The notes below the pieces were generated by a model. The model was given only the letters and a program-made list of their open reading frames with translations. It ran no database searches and was not told the DNA's origin. Below, piece by piece: positions 37,980 through 48,264 of a DNA stretch of 64,000 bases. The stretch comes from an uncultured delta proteobacterium (GTDB taxonomy: Bacteria > Myxococcota_A > Polyangia > Palsa-1104). A program made the position numbers and the translations under genes. Position 1 is the first letter of the stretch; every line of letters begins with the position of its first letter. The stretch is taken from the NCBI GenBank assembly GCA_963785725.1, contig CAWAWS010000039.1, positions 608,001-672,000 on the forward strand. The letters run 5' to 3'.

Positions 37980-39137
37980 TCAGCCGAAGCGAACGCGCAG
38001 CCGCCGTAAGGCTTCGTCGAGCACGGCGTCCTGCTTGGCGAAGCAAAAGCGCACCCAATGGCGAGCGGGCTCGACCTCGTAAAACGCGCTCAACGGAATG
38101 GCGGCGACGCCGACCTCGGTGACGAGATGGCGGCAGAAGTCGACGTCGTGGCCGGCGAAGTCGGTCCCGCGCAGGTCGACGTTGAGGAAGTAGGCGCCTT
38201 GCGCGGGCAAGACGGTGAGGCCGAGCGCGCGCAGGCCGTCGGCCAGCCGATCGCGGCGCCGCTGCAGCTCGCCGGCGAGGCCGCGGTAGAATTCGTCGGG
38301 TTTGTCGAGGCCGAAGGCGACCGCCGCCTGCAGGTTCGGCGGCGTCGTGAACGTCAGGAACTGGTGCGCGCGGGCGATCGGCTGCATGAGCGCGCGCGGG
38401 CCGACGACGAGCCCGACCTTCCAGCCGGTGAGCGAGAACGTCTTGCCGGCGGAGCCGATCTTGATGGTGCGCTCGCGCATGTCGGGCAGCGCGATGAACG
38501 GCTGATGGCGCGCGCCGTCGAACACGATGTGCTCGTAGACCTCGTCGCTGACGACGTAGGCGTCGTGCGCGGCGACGGTGCGCGCCAGCAGCGTCAGCTC
38601 GGCGGACGAGAACACTTTGCCGGCCGGGTTGAGCGGATTGTTGAGCACGACCAGCTTCGTCTTGGCGTTGCAGGCGGCGGCGAGGGCGTCGGCGGTGAGC
38701 GTCCAATCGGGCGGCTGCAAGGTCACGAAGCGCGGGATGCCGCCGGCGCGACGAACCAGCGGCGCATAGGCGTCATAGGCGGGCTGAAAGAGGACGGCTT
38801 CGTCGCCGGGCTCGATGAGCGCCAAGATCGTCGCCGCCAGCGCTTCGGTGGCGCCCGACGTCACGAGGATCTCGGTCTGCCAGTCGAAGTCGAGGCCGTA
38901 GAAGCGCTGCTCGTGGCGCGCGATCGCTTGCCGCAGCGACGGTAAGCCGAGCATCGACGGATATTGGTTCCAGCCGGTCAAGAGCGCTTCCGAGGCGGCG
39001 TGCAGGACATCTTCGGGGCCGCGATCGTCGGGGAAGCCTTGGCCGAGGTTGACCGCGTCGTGCTCGGCGGCGAGGCGCGACATGGCTTCGAAGACGGTGG
39101 TGCCGAGCGCGCGATAGATCGAGTTGGGCGGACGCAT
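37980..39137 (-). CDS. PLP-dependent class I aminotransferase (YbdL-like)
   Basis: NLGQGFPD, NNPLNPAG, DEVYEH and SAGKTFSLTGWKVG. Confidence 0.92.
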   Translation of the reverse strand: MRPPNSIYRALGTTVFEAMSRLAAEHDAVNLGQGFPDDRGPEDVLHAASEALLTGWNQYPSMLGLPSLRQAIARHEQRFYGLDFDWQTEILVTSGATEALAATILALIEPGDEAVLFQPAYDAYAPLVRRAGGIPRFVTLQPPDWTLTADALAAACNAKTKLVVLNNPLNPAGKVFSSAELTLLARTVAAHDAYVVSDEVYEHIVFDGARHQPFIALPDMRERTIKIGSAGKTFSLTGWKVGLVVGPRALMQPIARAHQFLTFTTPPNLQAAVAFGLDKPDEFYRGLAGELQRRRDRLADGLRALGLTVLPAQGAYFLNVDLRGTDFAGHDVDFCRHLVTEVGVAAIPLSAFYEVEPARHWVRFCFAKQDAVLDEALRRLRVRFG

Positions 39138-39635
39138 CGGCGTCAGTTTGCACCGAGGCGGCGGCCGTCGTCGAGGGCGCGGCGTGGGCGCTTTTCAGCG
39201 GCGGACAAAGCCGTCGGGGCCGTTGAGCCACACTTCGATGCGCGGCGCGGTCGGGTCGAGCACGACGGCGACGAGATCGGTGCGACCGTCGCCATCGACG
39301 TCGGCGGCGAGCCAACGCTCGCGCGGCGCCGGCGCGCGCAGCCGCTGCGAGCCGGCGATGGCGCCGCCGCGCCACGAGTCGGCCCAGACGCTGCCGTCGG
39401 CCACGGTGGTGCGGACCGCGAGCGTCGTGTGGGGCACCATCGATTGCAGGATCAGGATGAACATCGCCAACATGTCGACCTCCGCGAAGGTGACATTGCG
39501 AGCCGCGTACCGCCGGCTAAGTCGGCGCGCGGCGCGGGTTTGGGCGCGCTCGGGGCGCCGCCGGCGTTCGCGTTCGGGACGGCGCGTCCCATTTCCGAAC
39601 AGGCGCGCGCCTTTCAGTTGCGGCGTGCGCGGGAG

Positions 39636-40238
39636 TCAGGCCAGGCCGACGCGCATCAGCTGCGCGCGCAGGTACCAGCCGATTTCGGCGCGGCGACGGA
39701 GCTCGCGGCGCACCGCGGCCAGCCGCACGTGCGCCTCGACCGACGACGAATGAATCGCGACATAACGCCCGAGCGCGTCCTCGGCATCGGACCAGCGCCG
39801 CAGCTTGGCCAGCGCGCGACCGGCCATCAGATACGCGAGCCCATACTGCTGCCGCTCGTTGCGCGCGGCGGCGTCGATGAGCAGCGGCAGCGCCAGGTCG
39901 GGATGGCCCGATTCCAGCTGCGCGATGCCGGTCAAGAGCAGGAGCTCGGCCGACTCCGGGTCGCGCTGGCGCGCTTCGTCGAGCAGCGTGAGCGCGCGGC
40001 GTGGACGCTTCTTGGTCAGCCAGATCTTGGCCAGATCGCGGCGCGCGGTGACGTTGTCGCGATTGGCGCGAATGTCGCGACGGAGCCGGCTGACATGGCC
40101 GGCGTGGCGTAGAAACAGCAGTGGATCGGGCAGCCAGCGCTGGACGAGCCACACGACCGCCACGGCCGCGAGGAGCCACGGATAGCGCAGGGCGTAGCTG
40201 AGGCCGAACAGCAGCAAGTAATAGGCGAGATACCCCAT
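39636..40238 (-). CDS. Membrane-anchored TPR protein
   Basis: Hydrophobic N-terminus followed by TPR-like helical repeats. Confidence 0.7.
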   Translation of the reverse strand: MGYLAYYLLLFGLSYALRYPWLLAAVAVVWLVQRWLPDPLLFLRHAGHVSRLRRDIRANRDNVTARRDLAKIWLTKKRPRRALTLLDEARQRDPESAELLLLTGIAQLESGHPDLALPLLIDAAARNERQQYGLAYLMAGRALAKLRRWSDAEDALGRYVAIHSSSVEAHVRLAAVRRELRRRAEIGWYLRAQLMRVGLA

Positions 40239-40657
40239 TCACGACGCATCTTACGGCATTGGGGCGGCGTCGCCGGTGGGGCCAATCACAATCGACGCCG
40301 CGGGCGCGGCGGTTCGGTCGTGGCCGAGGGGCAGGCGGAAACCCACGCGCCGTTAGCGGGTGGGATGTCGTTCGCGGTGTACGGTGTGGCGGCGTCGCAC
40401 GGGCGCGCGGTGCGCGCGTGCGATGCCGCTCCGTCGCGCCGGCCATCGGTTGAGCGCGCAAGGTGGTGGTTGGTTTATGGCGGGCTCGGTCTCGCAGCGC
40501 CGACGTTCGCCCACAGACGCAACGCTGGAAACGAGCACGGCCGCAGGCGTTAGCACGGTCGCGGGCGCGCCTTCCGATACTGAAGCAGTTACTTCAGTGT
40601 CGCCTGGCGCGCGGTCGATTGCGGCTCGGCCCTTCGGCGCGCGCGCTGCGGCGTCGG

Positions 40658-43600
40658 CTAGTGATGCCCCGCCAACCACGCGTTCGCCTCGGCCAGCAGC
40701 GGCGCGAGCCGCGCGCCGCCCTTGACGAACACGTCGCGCGCCTGCGTCGCCAGCGCCACCGCGCGCGGCCGATCGCCGGAGCCGAGCGCCTCGGCCAACG
40801 CCAGCCGCACCTCGGCCAGCTCGACGCCGTCGTCCGGCTCCGCCTCCCGCAGCGCCAGCGCGCGCTCGAGCGGCACCGTCGCCGCCGCCGCGTTGTGCCG
40901 CGCGATGTCGACGCGCCCGAGGCCGAGCAGCGCCGGCACCAGCTTCGCGCTCTTGGCGCCGTAAGCGGTCTCGAGAATCTTCAACGCGCGCTGAAAATCG
41001 TCGCGCGCCAGATCGAGCTTCCCGAGCAGCCGATGCGCCTTGCCGAGGCCCGCCAAGTTGGCGCCGCACTCGGCGTGCTGCGGCCCCAGCGCCTTGTCGC
41101 AGATCTCCTGCCCGCGCTGAAAGTCGCGCAGCGCGTCGCCATTGCGCCCCGAATCGAGCTCCGCCTGCGCGATGTTGCTGAGCGCGACCGCCGTTTCATA
41201 CGACGGCCCCAGCTTGACCTGCCAAATGTCGAGCGCGCGCCGATATTGCAGCAGCGCCGCGTCGGTGCGCCCGAGCGCGCGCAGCTCTTCGCCCATGTTG
41301 TTGTAGACCATCGGCAAGTTGGGATTGTCCGGCTGCAGGCGGCGAAAGTCGACGAGCGCGCGCTCGTACATCGCCAACGCGCGCTCGTGCTCGCCGCTCT
41401 CGCCGTAGACGTCGGCCATGCCGACCAGCGTCTTGGCCAAGTTGGGATGGTCGGGACCGAGCGCCGCCCGCTCGACGGCATAGGCGTGCTGATAGCTCTC
41501 GAGCGCCGCCGGATATTCGCCGCGCGCTTCGTGGATGTTGCCGAGCTGATGATAATCGGGCGCCAAGCTCAGCTGATCTGGCCCATAAAGCCGTCGCTCC
41601 AGCTCCAGCGCCGCGGTCGCGTCACGCAGCGAGTCGTCGAATTTACTCTCTCTTTCCCGCAATAATGATCGATTCGTGTAATAAGTTCCGAGCAGCTGAT
41701 CTTTGCGCTGCAGTCGATCGATGAGCGCATCGGCGACGGACGACCAGCGATCGCCGTCCTCGTAATGCGCCTGGCGCTCGCCGACCGACTGGATGAGATC
41801 GACGGCCGCCTCGGCCGCGGCTTCGTCGTGATGACCTTGCAGCGCGGCCACGAAGGCGCGATGCAGCGCGCTCGTCGACTCCGGGAAATCGCCGTGCTCG
41901 CCGAGCAGCCGGCCGAGGCGCAGCTGCGCTTCGGCTTCCAGCGGCGGATAATGCTGGGTCGTCTCGTCGGCGATGACGCGCTTGGCGACGGCGATTCCCT
42001 GCTCGTAGCGCGCGACGAGGTAGAGCGCGTTGGCCTGCGCCAGCGCGCCGCGCAGCGCCTCGACGCGCGCTTGCGTCGGCTTGTCGCGCGGCGGCTGCAT
42101 CGGCGCGCGCAGGGCCGCGGCGTCGGCGCAGGAGTCGAGCCCGGGGATCGCCTCCGCCGACTGCGCCGCGCGCTCGATGATCTTCTCGTCGGCGACGGCG
42201 TACAGATCGGACAGCGTCTTGAGCTGCATGCGCCGATCTTCCAAGCAGCTCATGCGGAGATCGAGCAGCTCTTCGGACTGCTCGCGGCGCACGTTGGTCG
42301 CCTCGCAGGCGTCGATGTGCATCGCGACCCAGGCGTGCGTGTACGCGTCGAAGACGTGCTCGACCGTCGCGAACACCGTGCGCGCGTAGGACTTGCCGCT
42401 GTCGAGGAACGTCGTGCGAATGGCGGCGCGGCGCGGCGCGTCCCAAATGCCGGCGAGCTTGGCTTCGGCGCCGGCGCAGGCGTGGATCTCGCGCTTCTGC
42501 GCGCCGCGCCAGCCGAACACGGCGACGAGCGCGACGGCCACGCCGAGCAGCGCCAGCCAGCGATTGCGGCGCGTCAGGCTGGGATCGGCGCGCAGCGCGG
42601 CCAAGAGCGCGTCCATCGACGGATAGCGCTGATCGGGCGCCGTCGAGAGGCCGCGCAGCAGCACCTTTTGCAGCCAGCGCGGCATGCGGCTCGTTGGTGG
42701 CAGCTCGCGCATCGTGCCCGCGAGGACGTTGCGATCGAGCTCCTCGATGGAGTCGCCCGGGAACGGGAATTGGCCGGCGAGCGCTTCGTAGAGCGACAGG
42801 CAGAAGCTGAACTGATCGGCGCGCTCGTCGACGGCGATGCCTTGGCGCTGCTCGGGTGCCATGAAGCGCGGCGTGCCCATGATCGAGCCGGCGCGCGTCA
42901 GGTTCGTGCGCAGCCGATCGACGGCGCCGCTCAACGACGGATCGGGCCGCGACGTCGCCGTCGACGGCAGCTCGGGCGCGTGCACGGTCGGTCGCGAGCG
43001 CGCCGAGCGCGGCATGGGCGCGACCGGCGGGCTCGCATCGGTCGCGCTCGCCGCCGCGACGTCGCCGGCCGCATGCTCGTTTGCGCCGGCCGCGGCCGCG
43101 CCGGCTTTGCCCGCGGCATTCGGCCCGCTCGCGACGCCGGCCGCGGCCTGCGCCGCGTCCAAACCGCCAGGCAGTGCGCTCGCCTCACCGTGGTTCGCCG
43201 CATCGGTCGCGTCTGCTGCGGCAGGGGTCGCGTTGGGCGCGCGATCGGCGGCGGTTTGCGCGAGCGTGCCGTGCGCGGCGGGCTTGTCGTCGGCGGTGAC
43301 GGCGTCGTCGCGACGTCGCTGCGGCGCGGCTTCGGCCGCGGCGCCCTCCGCCGGCGCGGCTTCGGCGGCTGCGGCTTCGGCCGCGCTCTTGGCGGCCTCT
43401 TCTTCGCCGATGGCAGTGCGCGCGAGCCCGAAGTCGAGGACGCGCACGCGGCCGTCGTGCCCGACGATGACGTTGTCGGGCTTGAAGTCGCGATGGACGA
43501 GCCCGGCGCGATGGGCGGCGCTCAAGCCTTCGCCGGCCGCCAAAAACACGGCCAAGATCTCGGCCTGGCTGCGCGCGGCGCTCGTCAGCCAGCGGCGCAG

Positions 43601-43948
43601 CGACGTGCCGTCGACGAACTCCATGGCGATGAAGACGTCGTCGTCGAAGGTGCCGACGTCGTGGACGGCGATGACGTTGGGATGCGACAGCCGCGCCAAC
43701 GCCTGCGCTTCGCGGAGGAGCCGGCCGCGCAAGACGTCGTTGGCGTCGCTGCGCGTGTTGAGGAGCTTGAGCGCGATGGGACGGCCGAGCTCGGGGTCGA
43801 ACGCCTTGTAGACGACGCCCATGCCGCCTTGGCCCAGCTTGTCGACGATGAGGTAGCGGTCGACGACGGCGCCGCGCGCGAGCGGCGCTCGCGGCAGGCG
43901 AACCCGACTGGCGTCGACGGTCGAACCCGTTGCGTCGTCGTGTTTCAC
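40658..43948 (-). CDS. Ser/Thr protein kinase with TM segment and C-terminal TPRs
   Basis: LGQGGMGVVY, HRDFKPDN, DFGLAR, GTPRFMAPE and kinesin-light-chain-type TPRs (LGPDHP). Confidence 0.93.
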   Translation of the reverse strand: MKHDDATGSTVDASRVRLPRAPLARGAVVDRYLIVDKLGQGGMGVVYKAFDPELGRPIALKLLNTRSDANDVLRGRLLREAQALARLSHPNVIAVHDVGTFDDDVFIAMEFVDGTSLRRWLTSAARSQAEILAVFLAAGEGLSAAHRAGLVHRDFKPDNVIVGHDGRVRVLDFGLARTAIGEEEAAKSAAEAAAAEAAPAEGAAAEAAPQRRRDDAVTADDKPAAHGTLAQTAADRAPNATPAAADATDAANHGEASALPGGLDAAQAAAGVASGPNAAGKAGAAAAGANEHAAGDVAAASATDASPPVAPMPRSARSRPTVHAPELPSTATSRPDPSLSGAVDRLRTNLTRAGSIMGTPRFMAPEQRQGIAVDERADQFSFCLSLYEALAGQFPFPGDSIEELDRNVLAGTMRELPPTSRMPRWLQKVLLRGLSTAPDQRYPSMDALLAALRADPSLTRRNRWLALLGVAVALVAVFGWRGAQKREIHACAGAEAKLAGIWDAPRRAAIRTTFLDSGKSYARTVFATVEHVFDAYTHAWVAMHIDACEATNVRREQSEELLDLRMSCLEDRRMQLKTLSDLYAVADEKIIERAAQSAEAIPGLDSCADAAALRAPMQPPRDKPTQARVEALRGALAQANALYLVARYEQGIAVAKRVIADETTQHYPPLEAEAQLRLGRLLGEHGDFPESTSALHRAFVAALQGHHDEAAAEAAVDLIQSVGERQAHYEDGDRWSSVADALIDRLQRKDQLLGTYYTNRSLLRERESKFDDSLRDATAALELERRLYGPDQLSLAPDYHQLGNIHEARGEYPAALESYQHAYAVERAALGPDHPNLAKTLVGMADVYGESGEHERALAMYERALVDFRRLQPDNPNLPMVYNNMGEELRALGRTDAALLQYRRALDIWQVKLGPSYETAVALSNIAQAELDSGRNGDALRDFQRGQEICDKALGPQHAECGANLAGLGKAHRLLGKLDLARDDFQRALKILETAYGAKSAKLVPALLGLGRVDIARHNAAAATVPLERALALREAEPDDGVELAEVRLALAEALGSGDRPRAVALATQARDVFVKGGARLAPLLAEANAWLAGHH

Positions 43949-44068
43949 GGCAGTTTGGTGCCCGCTTCGTCGTCACGCACAGGCACGGGCGCTTCAGAAT
44001 AACGCATTTTGCCGCGTCGCCATAGCCACGTCAGCCGCGGCAGAGGCGCGCGTCGGACGGCGGTGAAG

Positions 44069-45700
44069 TCAGTCGACGATGAGGTCGAACTCTTCCCACG
44101 TGCCGATCGCGGTGCGGTTGGCGATGAGCGGCGAGGCGCCGGCGTTCTCGGCCGTGACGTAGTCGTTGTCGTCGAGCGCGCGCAACGAGATGCTGCCGTC
44201 GCCGTTGTGGATGAGCTGGAACGTCTCCCACAAGCCGATGGCGGTGCGATTGGCGATCAGCGCCGCCGTGCCGTCGCTCTCGGCGGTGACGTACAAGTTG
44301 TTGGCGTGCGCGCGCAACGCGATGTTGCCGTTGCCCTGGTCGAGCTCGTCGAACATTTCCCAGGTGCCGATGGCGGTGCGATTGGCGATGAGCGACGCCG
44401 CGCCCGCGTTCTCGGCGGTGACGTACTTGCCGTTGGCGTGCGCGCGCAAGCTGATGACGGGCGCGGCTGGCGGCGGCGGCGTTGTCGTCGCCGAGAAGAT
44501 CGTCAGATCGACGGCGTTGGCGATCGCCTGTAATCCGGCTTCATTGGGGTGCAAATGATCGCCGCTGTCATAAGCGGGAAGATAAGCCTCGATATTGGCC
44601 GGATCGTGCGTGGCCGTATCCTGGTCGACGATGGCGTCACAACCGCTCGAGGAGCCGCGAATGAAGGCATTGATGGCTTCACGACCATTCTCGCCATTTT
44701 GAGTCCAATAGCCGGCGCCCTTGAACGGCGTCAGTGTCGAGCACAAGAACAATAAGCCGTCTTGATGCGCGCTGTTGATCAGCTGTTGAATGCCGGCGAT
44801 GAGCGCGCCCGAGTTGTAATCGCCGCCGCCCAAGTCGTTGATGGGATCGTCGGAGAAGATGACCCACTTGACGCCCGGCTGTGACAAAACGTCGCGGCTG
44901 AAGCGATTGATTGCACTTTGACCGGCGCCGTCTTGTAAGAGGTCATTGCCGCTGATGCCTTGGTTGAGCACGCCGACCGTGCGGCCGGAGTTGACGAGCC
45001 GGGTGGCCAAGTCGTTGGGCCAGCGGCGGTTGTCGTCGGTGTTGGAGCCGACGCCGTCGGTGATGGAGGCGCCCAGCGTCACCACCGCGCCCAACGCCGC
45101 CGCGTTCTGCACGTCGAGGTTGGTGAGGAAGAAGTAGCTGCCGGCGGTCGACGGGTTGGTCAGCGTCGCGTTGCCGGCGACATCCCCCGACGCGTAATAG
45201 ATCGTGGCTGTGCCTTGCTGATGAAACGTCGCGGCGCCGGTGGATTGCGGCAAATAGAAGCTGACGGCGACGTCGGAGAGCGCGGCGACCGGGAACGCGA
45301 CCGAGTCGCTGACGCCGATGGCGCCGGCGGCGATCGTCGTCGAGGTGGCGCCGCCGAAGGTCACGACCTTGTCGCTGCTCGCGTTCACCGACGCGCCGCC
45401 GGTCGCCGCTCGCTGCGCGATGTGCACGTCGGAGACGACGATCGCTTGGCTGCCGAAGACGTTGGAGATCTGCACGCGCGCCGCCGTGCCCGAAATGCTC
45501 GTGTGCACGACTTGGCGCAGCGTCTGATTGTTGAAGGTGTTGCCGCCGCTCTGCGGCGAAACCGCCCAGGTGCCGACCCAGCCGCCGCTGGCGGCCGCGG
45601 TCTCGGCTTGTGTCGTCGCGGTGACGTCGCCGCCGGCGGAACAGCCGAGCAGCGAGACGATGAGGACGAGGCCGATGCGCCTTCCGATTCGTACGGACAT
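44069..45700 (-). CDS. SGNH/GDSL hydrolase lipoprotein with C-terminal fascin-like beta-trefoil
   Basis: GASITDG, NQGISGN, DHLHPN and three (NGKYVTAENAG..LIANRTAIG.WE.F) repeats. Confidence 0.88.
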   Translation of the reverse strand: MSVRIGRRIGLVLIVSLLGCSAGGDVTATTQAETAAASGGWVGTWAVSPQSGGNTFNNQTLRQVVHTSISGTAARVQISNVFGSQAIVVSDVHIAQRAATGGASVNASSDKVVTFGGATSTTIAAGAIGVSDSVAFPVAALSDVAVSFYLPQSTGAATFHQQGTATIYYASGDVAGNATLTNPSTAGSYFFLTNLDVQNAAALGAVVTLGASITDGVGSNTDDNRRWPNDLATRLVNSGRTVGVLNQGISGNDLLQDGAGQSAINRFSRDVLSQPGVKWVIFSDDPINDLGGGDYNSGALIAGIQQLINSAHQDGLLFLCSTLTPFKGAGYWTQNGENGREAINAFIRGSSSGCDAIVDQDTATHDPANIEAYLPAYDSGDHLHPNEAGLQAIANAVDLTIFSATTTPPPPAAPVISLRAHANGKYVTAENAGAASLIANRTAIGTWEMFDELDQGNGNIALRAHANNLYVTAESDGTAALIANRTAIGLWETFQLIHNGDGSISLRALDDNDYVTAENAGASPLIANRTAIGTWEEFDLIVD

Positions 45701-45934
45701 TGCGGCTCCTTTGCTTAACGTAGGGCGTTTCTAAGGGCTGAATGAGCGCCGACAACTCGCGTGTATCCGCGTAGAGACAGTCACCGCGCGATATCGGTGC
45801 AATCGTCATCAGCGACGGTAAATCGGCGCGCAGCTTCATTTTGGCGCACCGCCCCTCATTATTGTTTGATGGCGAATCGGATGCGACTACAGATAATGAA
45901 TATCGCGCGCAGCTTGTCGCGCTTGGGGGACGTG

Positions 45935-46621
45935 ATGTTCATTCGCAGCGTGGGATTGCTGGCGCTGTGGCTCGTCTCCGGTTGTGCCTCCGTCGATCCG
46001 GCGCCGCACGCGCCGGCGGGCGCCGACCTGGCGTCGACCGAGCTCGACGTCGACGATTTGGGCACGACGCCGCCGCCACCGCCGCCGACGAAGCTGGTCG
46101 ACATGACCGTGACCATGCCGGCGCCGACGCCGGCCGATATGGCGCAGGTCGCGCTCGACATGACGCATCCGCAGGATTTGGGGCCGTTTCCCGCGGGGCA
46201 GTTCTACGACATCTCGGTCAAGAGCGACGGGCAGCTCATGAGCGTTCGCAATCAGTCGACGCTGAACGGCTCGGTGACCGAGGAGCAGCCGGCGCACGGC
46301 ACGCCCGACCAGCGCTGGACCTTGCAGCTCGCCGACAGCGGCTACCGCATCATCAACGGCCAGAGCGGCACCTGCCTCGACGTGGCCGGCTCGTCGACGG
46401 CGGACGGCGCAGCGACGGGAATCTACACCTGCAGCGCGTCGCTCAGCCAGCAATGGACGCCCACGCTGGTCGCCGGCACGAGCTACTACACGCTCGTCAA
46501 CGTCAACAGCAAGAGCTGTATCGACTTGGACAACGCCGGCACGACGCCGGGCACGCAGATCTTCCAGTATCACTGTAACGGCGGCGATAATCAGAAGTGG
46601 CTATTTACGCCCGTCCAGTAA
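45935..46621 (+). CDS. Ricin-B lectin domain lipoprotein
   Basis: Lipobox VSG-C, QRW/QQW/QKW repeats and SGTCLDV. Confidence 0.85.
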   Translation: MFIRSVGLLALWLVSGCASVDPAPHAPAGADLASTELDVDDLGTTPPPPPPTKLVDMTVTMPAPTPADMAQVALDMTHPQDLGPFPAGQFYDISVKSDGQLMSVRNQSTLNGSVTEEQPAHGTPDQRWTLQLADSGYRIINGQSGTCLDVAGSSTADGAATGIYTCSASLSQQWTPTLVAGTSYYTLVNVNSKSCIDLDNAGTTPGTQIFQYHCNGGDNQKWLFTPVQ

Positions 46622-46831
46622 TCGATATTCGATCGCATGAATTCGATATCGAAACGATTGCGACGCAGAAAAAGCAGACAAAAGTCGAATTGTTGTAACG
46701 TTTATCGCTCGCGATGAGCGACTCGCAGGTCGGGGACTAGGGCGGCGGCGATGAGCCGCCCGCGCGTGGCGGCCGCTGATTCGCCGGCCGGGTGGGTTGG
46801 GCAGTTGACTCGGCGGCGGCGGCCGGCGCAG

Positions 46832-47260
46832 ATGGAGCGCATGTGGCGCGGGTTTGTCGTCATCCTGCTATTTCAGCTCGGCGGTGAGCTGCTGGCGCGC
46901 GCCGGCGTGCCGGTGCCGGCTCCGGTGCTCGGCATGGCGGCGCTGCTGGCGTGGCTGATGGCGCGACGGTCGGCGCCGCGCGGTCTCGACGACGCGTCGG
47001 GGCTCTTGTTGCGGCATTTGGCGCTGTTCTTCGTGCCGGCGGCGGCGGGCGCGTTCTATCTCGCGCCGCGGCTGGCGGGTGAGGCGGTGCCGATTGTCGT
47101 CGCCGTCGTCGTCAGCACGCTGGTCGGGCTCGTCGTCGCCGGCTTCGTGTTTCAGTGGGTCGCCAAGCGGCGGCGGCCTGACGGTGATGGCGGCGCTGCG
47201 AGCGCGAGCGCGGATGAGCGCGCCGGGCGATGGCGGCGCCGCGAGCGGGAGCGCGGATGA
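46832..47260 (+). CDS. cidA: CidA/LrgA family protein
   Basis: PAPVLGM and LLRHLALFFVPAAAG motifs; the C-terminus runs into the tandem repeat. Confidence 0.88.
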   Translation: MERMWRGFVVILLFQLGGELLARAGVPVPAPVLGMAALLAWLMARRSAPRGLDDASGLLLRHLALFFVPAAAGAFYLAPRLAGEAVPIVVAVVVSTLVGLVVAGFVFQWVAKRRRPDGDGGAASASADERAGRWRRRERERG

Positions 47261-47440
47261 GCGCGCCGGGCGATGGCGGCGCTGCGAGCGTGGAGCGCGG
47301 ATGAGCGCGGCGGGCGAGGGTGGCGCCGCGAGCGTGGAGTGCGGATGAGCGCGCCGGGCGATGGCGGCGCCGCGAGCGGGAGCGCGGATGAGCGCGCCGG
47401 GCGATGGCGGCGCCGCGACGGTGGAGCGCGGATGAGCGCG
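47185..47440 (+). repeat. Six tandem 43/44-bp repeats, each containing GAGCGCGG-ATGA
   Basis: ATGA cores at 47214, 47257, 47301, 47345, 47388 and 47432. Confidence 0.9.
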
Positions 47441-47523
47441 TCCGATCTGCGTAAGCGATCGCGCGCGCCGCGGACGTCGTGCGTGCCTTGGCCGACGCTG
47501 ACTTCGCGGCGAATTCGCCAGCG

Positions 47524-48255
47524 ATGATGCCCGCGCTCGCGACCGTCATAGCGTCGATCGATCGCGCGCTCGTCCTGCGCACGCTCGGCTGGTGCGCGCT
47601 GACGACCGCCATCTACGCCGGCGCGCGCGTCCTTCAGGTGCGCGGCAAGAATCACCCGCTGCTCAACGGCGCGCTGGTGACGTCGCTGGCGATCGTCGCG
47701 GTCGTGCGCGCCTGCGCGGTGCCGTGGGATCATTATCGCGCGGCGACGCGTCCGCTCGCGTTCCTCTTGGGTCCGGCGACGGTGGCGTTCGCCGTGCCCG
47801 TCTATCGCCGCTTGGCCGAGCTGAAGCGGGCGCTGGCGCCGGCGTTGCTGGCGATCGCCGCCGGCTCGCTCGCGGCCGCGGCCAGCGCGATGGCGCTCGG
47901 GCGGGCGCTCGGTGGCTCGACGTTGGTCGTGCGCTCGCTCGCGGCCAAGTCGGTGACGACACCCATCGCGATGGCGGTCTCGGCGTCGGTCGGCGGTAGC
48001 CCCGAGCTCACGGCTGGGTTCGTCATTTTCACCGGCATGGTCGGCGCGCTGGCGGTGCCGGGGCTGTTCGTCGTCTGCGGCATCGAGGATCGGCGGGCGC
48101 GCGGGCTCGCCATCGGCATCGCGGCGCACGGCTTCGGCACGGCGCGCGCGTTGGTGCTGGGCGAAGTCGAAGGCGTATTCTCGATATTGGGAATGGGGCT
48201 GTCCGGTCTATTCGTGCCCGTATTCATCCCCTGGTTGGTCGCGCTCTTCTTCTAG
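47524..48255 (+). CDS. lrgB: LrgB/CidB family protein
   Basis: LLGPATVAFAVPVY, KSVTTPIAM and GLAIGIAAHGFGTARA. Confidence 0.92.
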   Translation: MMPALATVIASIDRALVLRTLGWCALTTAIYAGARVLQVRGKNHPLLNGALVTSLAIVAVVRACAVPWDHYRAATRPLAFLLGPATVAFAVPVYRRLAELKRALAPALLAIAAGSLAAAASAMALGRALGGSTLVVRSLAAKSVTTPIAMAVSASVGGSPELTAGFVIFTGMVGALAVPGLFVVCGIEDRRARGLAIGIAAHGFGTARALVLGEVEGVFSILGMGLSGLFVPVFIPWLVALFF

Positions 48256-48264
48256 GAGAATCGA

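Noticed and set aside
39195..39473. Small ORF with one FG-GAP-like motif (ADVDGDGRTDL)
   Set aside because: May be real or a remnant, but a single motif and no clear RBS are too little support to call it.
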